From NCBI GenBank assembly GCA_950097015.1, contig CATNEN010000038.1, positions 18,910,001 through 18,974,000 on the forward strand: 64,000 nucleotides of DNA, read 5' to 3'. Position numbers and translations under genes: made by a program. The notes below the pieces were generated by a model that made no database searches, was not told the origin of the DNA, and was given only the letters and a program-made list of their open reading frames with translations. This document shows, one piece after another, positions 12,148-23,879 of the stretch. Source of the stretch: Macrostomum hystrix (Eukaryota > Animalia > Platyhelminthes). Every line of letters begins with the position of its first letter. Position 1 is the first letter of the stretch.

Positions 12148-15100
12148 AATAGCCACATTCCCACAGATCTCAGGCACTGGATAGCCACTCTTCCACAGAT
12201 CTCAGGCACTGGATAGCCACTCTTCCACAGATCTCAGGCACTGGATAGCCACTCTCCCACAGACCTCAGGCACTGGATAGCCACTCTCCCACAGATCTCA
12301 GGCACTGGATAGCCACTCTTCCACAGATCTCAGGCACTGGATAGCCACTCTCCCACAGATCTCAGTCACTGGATAGCCACTCTCCCACAGACCTCAGTCA
12401 CTGGATGGCCACTCTCCCACAGACCTCAGGCACTGGATGGCCACTCTCCCACAGACCTCAGGCACTGGATAGCCACTCTCCCACAGACCTCAGGCACTGG
12501 ATAGCCACTCTCCCACAGACCTCAGGCACTGGATAGCCACTCTCCCACAGACCTCAGGCACTGGATAGCCACTCTCCCACAGATCTAAGGCACTGGATGG
12601 CCACTCTCCCACAGATCTCAGGCACTGGATGGCCACTCTCCCACAGATCTCAGTCACTGGATGGCCACTCTCCCACAGATCTCAGTCACTGGATAGCCAC
12701 TCTCCCACAGATCTCAGGCACTGGATAGCCACTCTTCCACAGATCTCAGTCACTGGATAGCCACTCTCCCACAGACCTCAGTCACTGGATGGCCACTCTT
12801 CCACAGATCTCAGGCACTGGATAGCCACTCTCCCACAGACCTCAGGCACTGGATAGCCACTCTCCCACAGACCTCAGGCACTGGATAGCCACTCTCCCAC
12901 AGACCTCAGTCACTGGATAGCCACTCTCCCACAGACCTCAGTCACTGGATAGCCACTCTTCCACAGATCTCAGGCACTGGATAGCCACTCTTCCACAGAT
13001 CTCAGGCACTGGATAGCCACTCTTCCACAGATCTCAGGCACTGGATAGCCACTCTTCCACAGATCTCAGGCACTGGATAGCCACTCTCCCACAGACCTCA
13101 GGCACTGGATAGCCACTCTCCCACAGATCTCAGGCACTGGATAGCCACTCTTCCACAGATCTCAGGCACTGGATAGCCACTCTCCCACAGATCTCAGTCA
13201 CTGGATAGCCACTCTCCCACAGACCTCAGTCACTGGATGGCCACTCTCCCACAGACCTCAGGCACTGGATGGCCACTCTCCCACAGACCTCAGGCACTGG
13301 ATAGCCACTCTCCCACAGACCTCAGGCACTGGATAGCCACTCTCCCACAGACCTCAGGCACTGGATAGCCACTCTCCCACAGACCTCAGGCACTGGATAG
13401 CCACTCTCCCACAGATCTAAGGCACTGGATGGCCACTCTCCCACAGATCTCAGGCACTGGATGGCCACTCTCCCACAGATCTCAGTCACTGGATGGCCAC
13501 TCTCCCACAGATCTCAGTCACTGGATAGCCACTCTCCCACAGATCTCAGGCACTGGATAGCCACTCTTCCACAGATCTCAGTCACTGGATAGCCACTCTC
13601 CCACAGACCTCAGTCACTGGATGGCCACTCTTCCACAGATCTCAGGCACTGGATAGCCACTCTCCCACAGACCTCAGGCACTGGATAGCCACTCTCCCAC
13701 AGACCTCAGGCACTGGATAGCCACTCTCCCACAGACCTCAGTCACTGGATAGCCACTCTCCCACAGACCTCAGTCACTGGATAGCCACTCTTCCACAGAT
13801 CTCAGGCACTGGATAGCCACTCTTCCACAGATCTCAGGCACTGGATAGCCACTCTTCCACAGATCTCAGGCACTGGATAGCCACTCTCCCACAGATCTCA
13901 GTCACTGGATAGCCACTCTCCCACAGACCTCAGTCACTGGATGGCCACTCTTCCACAGATCTCAGGCACTGGATAGCCACTCTCCCACAGACCTCAGGCA
14001 CTGGATAGCCACTCTCCCACAGACCTCAGGCACTGGATGGCCACTCTCCCACAGACCTCAGGCACTGGATAGCCACTCTCCCACAGACCTCAGGCACTGG
14101 ATAGCCACTCTCCCACAGACCTCAGGCACTGGATGGCCACTCTCCCACAGATCTCAGGCACTGGATGGCCACTCTCCCACAGATCTCAGTCACTGGATGG
14201 CCACTCTCCCACAGATCTCAGTCACTGGATAGCCACTCTCCCACAGATCTCAGGCACTGGATAGCCACTCTTCCACAGATCTCAGTCACTGGATAGCCAC
14301 TCTCCCACAGACCTCAGTCACTGGATGGCCACTCTTCCACAGATCTCAGGCACTGGATAGCCACTCTCCCACAGACCTCAGGCACTGGATAGCCACTCTC
14401 CCACAGACCTCAGGCACTGGATAGCCACTCTCCCACAGACCTCAGTCACTGGATAGCCACTCTCCCACAGACCTCAGTCACTGGATAGCCACTCTTCCAC
14501 AGATCTCAGGCACTGGATAGCCACTCTTCCACAGATCTCAGGCACTGGATAGCCACTCTTCCACAGATCTCAGGCACTGGATAGCCACTCTCCCACAGAT
14601 CTCAGTCACTGGATAGCCACTCTCCCACAGACCTCAGTCACTGGATGGCCACTCTTCCACAGATCTCAGGCACTGGATAGCCACTCTCCCACAGACCTCA
14701 GGCACTGGATAGCCACTCTCCCACAGACCTCAGGCACTGGATAGCCACTCTCCCACAGACCTCAGTCACTGGATAGCCACTCTCCCACAGACCTCAGTCA
14801 CTGGATAGCCACTCTTCCACAGATCTCAGGCACTGGATAGCCACTCTTCCACAGATCTCAGGCACTGGATAGCCACTCTCCCACAGACCTCAGGCACTGG
14901 ATAGCCACTCTCCCACAGACCTCAGGCACTGGATAGCCACTCTCCCACAGACCTCAGTCACTGGATAGCCACTCTCCCACAGACCTCAGTCACTGGATAG
15001 CCACTCTTCCACAGATCTCAGGCACTGGATAGCCACTCTTCCACAGATCTCAGGCACTGGATAGCCACTCTCCCACAGATCTCAGGCACTGGATAGCCAC

Positions 15101-15432
15101 TCTTCCACAGATCTCAGTCACTGGATGGCCACTCTCCCACAGATCTCAGGCACTGGATAGCCACTCTTCCACAGATCTCAGTCACTGGATAGCCACTCTT
15201 CCACAGATCTCAGTCACTGGATGGCCACTCTCCCACAGATCTCAGGCACTGGATAGCCACTCTTCCACAGATCTCAGGCATTGGATAGCCACTCTCCCAC
15301 AGATCTCAGGCACTGGATAGCCACTCTTCCACAGATCTCAGGCACTGGATAGCCACTCTTCCACAGATCTCAGGCACTGGATAGCCACTCTCCCACAGAT
15401 CTCAGGCACTGGATAGCCACTCTCCCACAGAT
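12148..15432. repeat. 32-bp tandem satellite, ~102 copies (ATAGCCACTCTYCCACAGAYCTCAGKCACTGG)
   Basis: Period of 32 read directly. Near-perfect units. Lies between two convergent genes. Confidence 0.98.
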
Positions 15433-15760
15433 GGCAGAGGGAGTCGATTGGTGGAATATTTTTTATTCTCTACTAACTAATTTATTGATTTGTAATCCGT
15501 AAGCATACATCATAGGAGATAAACAACCTATGGTGAGAAATGTTGTTGATATGTTTGTAACGTTGAAAATAAGTTTTTGTTTTAAAGATTTGATATTGTT
15601 AGTTACTCATAGATTTAAAACGCTTAAAAACAAAATGAGGCTAAAACAACCAGTTAATTAAATTACGATTGAAATTAATACTTACACTTTCACTACTGAA
15701 CTTTGAAAAAACACTCAAAGAAAATGATTTTTTTGTTGGCATCATCGATCAATCAATTAA

Positions 15761-15856
15761 TCAATCAATGTTCGCCTCCCGTTGATAAGCCAAGCTTTCA
15801 ACGTCGCCATTGTCACGGTTCGCTAATTCGCAGCATTCGCGATTGTCTACAAAATG

Positions 15857-15893
<37 letters not shown>

Positions 15894-16043
15894 TGCTGCT
15901 GTTTCTGCTGTTGTTGCTGTTGTTGCTTCTGCTGCTGCTGCTGTTTCTGCTGTTGTTGTTGTTGTTGCTTCTGCTGCTGCTGCTGTTGTTGCTGTTGCTG
16001 CTGCTGTTGCTTCTGCTGCTGCTGCTGTTGCTGCTGCTGCTGT

Positions 16044-16079
<36 letters not shown>

Positions 16080-19000
16080 CGGTGTGCTTGAAATGGAATT
16101 CTCAGTCCACCAGCAAAATCTGTCATACTGGTTGGTGAACACCTGCAGGAAGGTTTATAGGAGAGACTCTTGACTGAATGCTACCTATACTACAACCTGC
16201 GCTCTTGAAGCAATAAATATCCTTCAACTACAGAATTTACTACAAAAAATACTAAATTTCTGTTTGTTAGAGTGAAGAAATGGGAAATTCGAAGTCATAT
16301 TTAAAAGACAGATTTCTTTTTCACTGGTTTGATACTCGAACTCACGTTCTGGGCACTGGAACATCATTTGGAGACACTAGACCTGCAGCCAGCGAGGAGG
16401 CCATTCTGCCCCTTTCGTTGACTCCTGAGCACACACGCACACAAGCTCTTTAAGCTTCCTTGCACTCAAATATCAGAAATTTTATGAACTCAATCTAACC
16501 TAGCTGACAAGATCTGCTGCTGCTGCTGTCGCTGCGTACCGCCATACAGGCAGTCGACCGATCGTCCGCAGGTCGCAGCCAGTCGAGGCAGATTGGCGCT
16601 ATGGTGGCCCTCGTGTTGGCCATCAGGCGTGACATCGTCAAACGATCGATAAGGGTGAAAAGCTTCGGGCTCGTGATTGTAGAGCAGCGCGTAGCCGCGG
16701 CCTTGCTCAACGTTGGGCTCCAGGACGGCGATGCACTGGCTGCGCGGCACGTAGGCGATGCAATTCGGCGAGCGAAGACCGTCGTGGGCGTCGATGATGG
16801 TCCAGATGCGACCGCTTGGCAGGACGATCCCGACGGTGTCGTGCAGCGTCACCAGGATGTTGCCGTCGTGATCGCAGCCGATGCCAATGGGCGGCGGCTC
16901 GCAGATGTCGCTGGTTAGCAACCGGAAGTCCCGATAGCTGTACACGTGCAGAGGAGCACCGCCGAAGCTGAAAACCTGGTCAGGGTGAATTCAAAATGAA
17001 ATTGCAGGACTCGCGAAATCAATAATTGCAGTCGTTTCATTCAAACTATTTTCAGGTGATTCAGACCACATTCGGTCCATTCCCCACACCTCATTCATTA
17101 GATTCAGCCGATTCCTCTGACCCCATTCAGCCGATTCCTCTGACCCCATTCGGCCGATTTCTCTGACGCCATTCGGCCGATTCTTCTAACGACATTCAGC
17201 CGATTCCTCTGACGCCATTCGGCCGATTCTTCTAACGCCATTCAGCCGATTCCTCTGACCCCATTCGGACGATTCCTCTGACGCCATTCGGCCGATTCCT
17301 CTGACGCCATTCGGCCGATTTCTCTGATGCCATTCAGCCGATTCCTCTGACGCCATTCGGCCGATTCCTCTGATGCCATTCAGCCGATTCTTCTGACCTC
17401 ATTCAGCCGATTCCTCTGACGCCATTCGGCCGATTCCTCTGATGCCATTCAGCCGATTCTTCTGACCCCATTCAGCCGATTCCTCTGACCCCATTCGGCC
17501 GATTTCTCTGACGCCATTCGGCCGATTCTTCTAACGACATTCAGCCGATTCCTCTGACGCCATTCGGCCGATTCTTCTAACGCCATTCAGCCGATTCCTC
17601 TGACCCCATTCGGACGATTCCTCTGACGCCATTCGGCCGATTCCTCTGACGCCATTCGGCCGATTTCTCTGATGCCATTCAGCCGATTCCTCTGACGCCA
17701 TTCGGCCGATTCCTCTGATGCCATTCAGCCGATTCTTCTGACCTCATTCAGCCGATTCCTCTGACGCCATTCAGCCGATTCTTCTGACCTCATTCAGCAG
17801 ATTCCCAGACTTCAACCCGCACCTTGACGCTGTAGTTGCCGCGGTCCGTCACCAGAATTCTCCTGTCTAGGGTCACGGCGAGGCCCTCGGGTCGGCTGAG
17901 ATCGCCCGGCCCGTCGCCCAGTTGGCTGATCCGATTTCTGAGCTGCCCGCTAGGCCACAGGATAAATATGCAGTGCTGCCCGGCGTCCGCCACCAAATAG
18001 TAATCATTCTGAGTTGTTGCCAGGCCTCTCGGCTCCTGAAATAGATTTCTCGGCTCGTTGATAACGCGTAGAAATTCGCCGTCAGTTGAGCTGAACAACT
18101 TCAGCAACGCCTGACCGGTGTCCACAACCGCCACGCCGCCGTCACTGACGACGGCGACGCCGCAGGGCGAGTTCAGGGTGTCGTCCGACTCGCCGGCCTG
18201 GCCTATTGACAGGCGAACGTCGCCGACTGGGTTGACGATCAAGACGCGATGGCTGCCCGAGTCAGCGATGACTAGGTCGCCTGTCAATAGGAATACTTCA
18301 GTTCCATCTCCCCCTTCCCTTAAAAATCCCCTTCCCTCAATCTTCCCCTTCCCTCAATCTTCCCCTTCCCTCAATCTTCCCCTTTCCTAAATCTTCCCCT
18401 TCCCTCAATCTTCCCCTTCCCTCAATCTTCCCCTTCCCTCAATCTTCCCCTTCCCTTAATCTTCCCCTTCCCTCAATCTTCCCCTTCCCTCAATCTTCCC
18501 CTTCCCTCAATCTTCCCCTTCCCTCAATCTTCCCCTTCCCTCAATCTTCTCCTTCCCTCAATCTTCCCCTTCCCTCAATCTTCCCCTTCCCTCAATCTTC
18601 TCCTTCCCTCAATCTTCCCCTTCCCTCAATCTTCCCCTTCCCTCAATCTTCCCCTTCCCTCAATCTTCCCCTTCCCTCAATCTTCCCCTTCCCTCAATCT
18701 TCTCCTTCCCTCAATCTTCCCCTTCCCTCAATCTTCCCCTTCCCTCAATCTTCCCCTTCCCTCAATCTTCCCCTTCCCTCAATCTTCCCCTTCCCTCAAT
18801 CTTCTCCTTCCCTCAATCTTCTCCTTCCCTCAATCTTCCCCTTCCCTCAATCTTCCCCTTCCCTCAATCTTCCCCTTCCCTCAATCTTCCCCTTCCCTCA
18901 ATCTTCCCCTTCCCTCAATCTTCTCCTTCCCTCAATCTTCCCCTTCCCTCAATCTTTCTCTTCCCTCAGTCTCCCCCTTGAGTCTTTCCCTTGCCCGAGT

Positions 19001-19239
19001 CTTTCCTTGTCCGAGTCTTCCCCTTGCCTGAGTCCCAGTCTCGGCTTACCAGTCTGCGTGGCGGCCAGTCCGGAGGCGGACCGGAGTGTGTGCCTGCCGG
19101 TGGGCGCCAGACGGCATCGCAGTTTGTCGCTCTGAACCGCTGGCAAAGGGTCGCCAGGCAGAATGTGCCCGAATCCGGGCCGGTTTTTGCCGCTGAACGC
19201 CACGGTGAAGTTGCTAATTAGCCTTCGCATTGTATCCAT
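15761..19239 (-). CDS. NHL-repeat beta-propeller protein with a C-terminal polyQ tract (~501 aa)
   Basis: Exons 19239-19050, 18280-17823, 16975-16500, 16142-15761 join in phase. NHL repeats: GDLVIADSGSHRV, LNSPCGVAV..DG.VAVVDTG, FQEPRGLA, LSRPEGLAVT.D..ILVTDRGN. Splice phase puts the CAG/CAA tract in the Gln frame. Confidence 0.85.
16345..16442 (-). mobile_element. SINE family B, partial copy
   Basis: GACACTAGACCTGCAGCCAGCGAGGAGGCCATTCTGCCC...GACTCCTGAGCACACACGC matches ~47918-47983. Confidence 0.75.
17095..17800. repeat. 23-bp intronic minisatellite (CATTCRGCCGATTCCTCTGACSC), ~30 copies
   Basis: Direct periodicity. Fills NHL intron 16976-17822. Confidence 0.95.
18310..18965. repeat. 17-bp intronic polypyrimidine/polypurine minisatellite (CCCCTTCCCTCAATCTT), ~38 copies
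   Basis: Direct periodicity. Fills NHL intron 18281-19049. Confidence 0.95.
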
Positions 19240-19829
19240 GCCCTGCATAAGCATTTTATAATAATAATTGTATTTTTAGATGAACGACCGGATTTCCTAG
19301 GACAGTGTTTAAAATTGGGGATTTTTTAAATGGGTCTTTAAAAATGAATTTTCTGAGGGATTTTCAAAAATTCAATTTCAAATGTTGGACTTCAAAAAAT
19401 GAGGCTTTTAAAGTGGGATTTTTAAAAGGGGCTTCTAGGCTTTAGTAGCCGTGTTCTTCAGGTGGGATTTTTAACTACCGCGGTTGCAGCTCACAAAACT
19501 CAGGCTAACAGTTCTCGCCATATATATCGATGCATATATGAATTATACGTATTTCTGTGTACATTTTCACGCGTTTAAACAAACGACCATTCTTGGCAAA
19601 TATAGAATTTGAGTAAATAATCGTAGATTCGTAGCGAACATATTAATCAATATCAACCCTACAGCTACCGTTCCTTATTTGTGTCCTCGACATTATTTGC
19701 ACTAAGATGGGCTGGTTTGCTGAAGCATCCAGGAAGGTAGTGAAAGTTCTCATAATTCATCATTGCTTAATGATAAGAAGCATATGACATATACTACCGG
19801 TGAAATTACTCGTAGTTTACAGATTTTAC

Positions 19830-20352
19830 CTTGTTGTTTCGCCTGTTTGAATGTTGTTTCACCAGTTTGAATGTTGTTTCACATGTTTGAATGTTGTTTC
19901 ACCAGTTTGAATGTTGTTTCACCTGTTTGAATGTTGTTTCACCTGTTTGAATGTTGTTTCACCTGTTTGAATGTTGTTTCACCTGTTTGAATGTTGTTTC
20001 ACATGTTTGAATGTTGTTTCACCTGTTTGAATGTTGTTTCACATGTTTGAATGTTGTTTCACCTGTTTAAATTTGTTTCACCTGTTTGAATGTTGTTTCA
20101 CCTGTTTGAATGTTGTTTCACCTGTTTGAATGTTGTTTCACCTGTTTGAATGTTGTTTCACCTGTTTGGATGTTTTCCCTGTTTAAATTTTGTTTCACCT
20201 GTTTAAATGTTGTTTCACCTGTTTGAATGTTGTTTCACATGTTTAAATGTTATTTCACCTGTTTGAAAGTTATTTCATTTATAGTTGTTTCACCTGTTTG
20301 AATGTTGTTCTATACCTGTTTGAATGTGGTTTCAGCTGTTTAAATGTTGTTT
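19830..20352. repeat. 20-bp minisatellite (CACCTGTTTGAATGTTGTTT), ~25 copies
   Basis: Direct periodicity, degenerating toward the 3' end. Confidence 0.95.
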
Positions 20353-23300
20353 CGCATATTATTGTAGCTATTTAATTCGTTTTTTGAGATTTTACGCCTG
20401 GTATGCAGAGATATGGATCTCGCAAATTTCACATTATTAAAACAAATTTCGTTCTCTTTTGCAGTCATTCAGACTCACGTGATCAACTCGCGTAGCCAAC
20501 TGATGAGACAAATCGCTGCATATAGACTGGGCGGCTTGCATATTTATGTCTTTGTTATTCACCAAGGTAACAACGGAGTCTATTGCAGTATTCTACAGCT
20601 TCAGCACTGTTACAACAATAATGCATCAGAGAGAATTTGGCGATGCAAAAAAACTATGTGTCTTTTATAGCTGCCTTGTTCTACGCACGCACGGAATTCC
20701 CGAACCGTCGCTATAGCGCCTAGCGGGGGGGTTCAAGAGACGCGCGGCCCGCGCCTCTTCAATCCAGAAAATGCGGGAGGGGGCAAGCAGCTTGCAGTGG
20801 CTCTCGGCCCGTCTGTACCTAATTCCATTCTATCGGCTTTGCTTCCTCTGTCACTCCCTTGCTCGCTTCCTTCATAACCGAATGTCCGCGCGGACGGTCT
20901 ATAGAGGGCAGCCCGAATAAAGCCACTCGATCCTATACCCCCCTGTTCTGATTTTCCGTTTTGCCTCAGATCCTAATTCTCCTCAAGCCTTGTCTCTCAA
21001 TATGCCACGCTAGGAAAGCCCCTCCCCTCATTAGCTCATACCCCCCGAGCTAGAGTGCAATGCTTCTTCGACTGCATCATTCGCGTGTTTTTGCCTGATT
21101 TCTGCTCCAGTTACTGCTGCAGTCCGGCTAGCTGCAGTCTCTCTTTTATCTCTCGATCTTCTCTGTCGATCAGCATGTCGATCTCTAGCTCTCTTCCCCT
21201 CTCTATGCGTTGCCTTTCCGCTACAGCTTTGGCCTCTTTGGTGACTCTTTTACGTGTGTGCAACGCGCTGTCTCCTTGTTGTACGTGAATTGCTGTAATT
21301 TTTTGGTATGATATACCATCATTCCCAGCTGCATAAGCTTGTATAGTTTGTGGGATATAATGCTTTATTGAATAAACCATAAGTACAATATATAAAAAAC
21401 ATTAAGACGCATACACGAGATGGACGCGGTAAACAAGTTCTAGCTATACTACGCCTTGATCTGAAGTTTATAGGCCTATCACACGTTTTCCTACGATCAG
21501 TAAGTGGCGGCTTTGGTACAGCAGTATACTTCTTTCGGGCAGAGCTGAACTAAGAGTAAGTATTGCACAACCAAACAAACATTTCTATATGGTTCGAAAT
21601 TTCATTGTTAAATATTAATTTGTGTTACTTTATACGAATTTGCCCTGGAAAGTTTATCGTCAATAGGTAAAACCAAGCCTCAAGCAAAAAATTACGAATT
21701 ACGACTATTTACGAATTACGAATTAAGACTTACGAATCCTCACTAACAAGTAGTTAAAAGATGAATGAATTATGCAGACGTCCGAATTTCGGAACATGCT
21801 CTTGCTGCATTGTAACTTTTAGTTTAGAAAATAAATGTGAAAGCTGACATTGACAAGTGCTTAGTGCAATCCGATTGACGCCGCTTTTAGCGCATTTAAA
21901 GTTTCGTGTTTTGTCGTTTTTTGTTTGGAATTTCCGTTGGTCTCAGTGAAGCTTTTAGCAGGATTTAAAAATAATAATATAAGAACTCAAAATCTAAGAA
22001 ATCTAAGAAAAATTGCTTGATGTTCAAAGCGATTTGTTGATGTAAAATTAAATATATATTTTTACTAGGGCTAAATGTGCAAATTAAGAACAAATACTTT
22101 TTATAAAACTTATTATTAAAAGGTTCTTCGTTACTTTTTTGTTGGCTGTAAGTCCTAGCCATGCTCATAGTAAAATAAGTCTCAAATCATAATTCTTAAC
22201 ATAGAGCCAGAGGAGATGGAGCTTCATTTTTGCTTGTCTATGTTGCCATGGGCCTCTCAATGAAGTCGGCCATTCGGGCTACTACGAGACATGTCCTAAG
22301 AGCTTGTGGAAAGCTCTAGCTCTAGTTCTAGTTCTTCAGCTCTAGTTCATCTTGACCATTTTTTGTTTTGTGTCAGACTAAAGGCAGAAATAGGCTAGGT
22401 GTAGGCTAATATTAAAAAAATCATTCTCATTTAAAATCTCAACAATTTTAAATTCTCAATTAAATTCAGGTTTTTTTACTTTTGCAGTATATAGTTACAA
22501 AACAGAAATTGTAAAAGAATATTAGCACCAGTGTTTTGCAACTTCAAATTCCTACTATCTATTTTTTGATTGTCAACTTTCTAGCCATTTTTTTCAATTT
22601 AAGTAATGCCACAGTGCCAATTACTTGCTATTATTGCTATAGAAATGGGGCAATAAAGCCTGCTTGTTGGCAGAGAACATTATATAGATAGGCTCTTGCA
22701 TCTTCTATATTAATGCTAGAACTATAAGACCACTTATTTATATAATTGACTAAATAGATAGGCTCAGTTTCCAGTCTGTTAATATGCCACCATCACATAT
22801 GCTATTAACTAGTCTTAAAAGAAGCATGAAGTACAAACTTGTCTGCTATAAAGACAATTAAAACAAAGTCATCTGCTAGGGGCCTATGACTTTAAATGTC
22901 ACAAAATAAATGTATCTATTATCATAGTGGTATGAAAGCAATTGTAAGATATCACAGATATTCTATTATATATATAAACATATGTGGTATATTTAAGCAG
23001 CAAATTGACCTCTTTTTACATAGAGTACAAAGTATGTACAAGGTTTTCCTAGGCCTACACATGCTCACTAACTTCACTTGCCTAAAATTAAGTCAACTTG
23101 TAATTGTCTATTGGCAGATGAAAAGACTGGAACCTGATAGGCTCCTGTTTTCTCAGCTCCTAAATCTATATTGTTAGGTAGATTGTTAGCAATGGTAATC
23201 TTTTGGATAAACAAATAGTTTTTAATTAATTTAAATTGTTTACTTATACTTAAATGAAAGACATGCCAATTTTTTTCTTCTATGCCAATGAATAGGCTTT

Positions 23301-23879
23301 ATTGCCACTGATATTATAAAGTTACAATTTATAATTACTGTGCATAATTTCTTTAACTTAAAGTCTGTATCTTTAATTGGAGACTGTAAAGTTAGAATTT
23401 TTATTTAATATTAATTATTGCTACTTTTATGAGTAGGCCCCTAGGATAAAATGTATTTTTGTAGTTATTTTTCGAAAAGCTCCTGCAATTATCTAAGTCA
23501 TTCTACTACACTGTGTGCCTAAGGAGAGGCCAGGTTAGTATTATTGTATTATGTGAAATGCAGTGTGTTTGCATGTCTGCTTGTTCTTAACTGACTTGGC
23601 CATCTTGTTTAGATAAGATTTAGGCTAGCTTGCCTTCTGTATATCGAAACTATAGCTTGAAGCTTAGTGCCACGACCAGGCAGATAACGTTATCTATGTT
23701 CCCTGCTTGACAAGTCTCAGAGCTATTTAAATGCAGCACTTGCGTGTTTCATGTCTGCACTCGTGCTTACACCTGTTGGCTTTGTCCTCATTTTATTACA
23801 TAACTCTAAATTGTTCAGTCCCATTTGACTGACTGCTTTGGAATCAATCCACTATTCCAAGAGACTGGTTAGCAGCTCG

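Noticed and set aside
12148-15432. CRISPR-like array (32-bp repeats)
   Set aside because: Units are directly abutting with no unique spacers, there are no cas genes, and the context is eukaryotic. It is a satellite.
15703-16173. Poly-Ala/Val, poly-Cys and poly-Leu ORFs
   Set aside because: They are alternative frames and strands of the CAG/CAA tract. Splice phase supports the minus-strand Gln frame.
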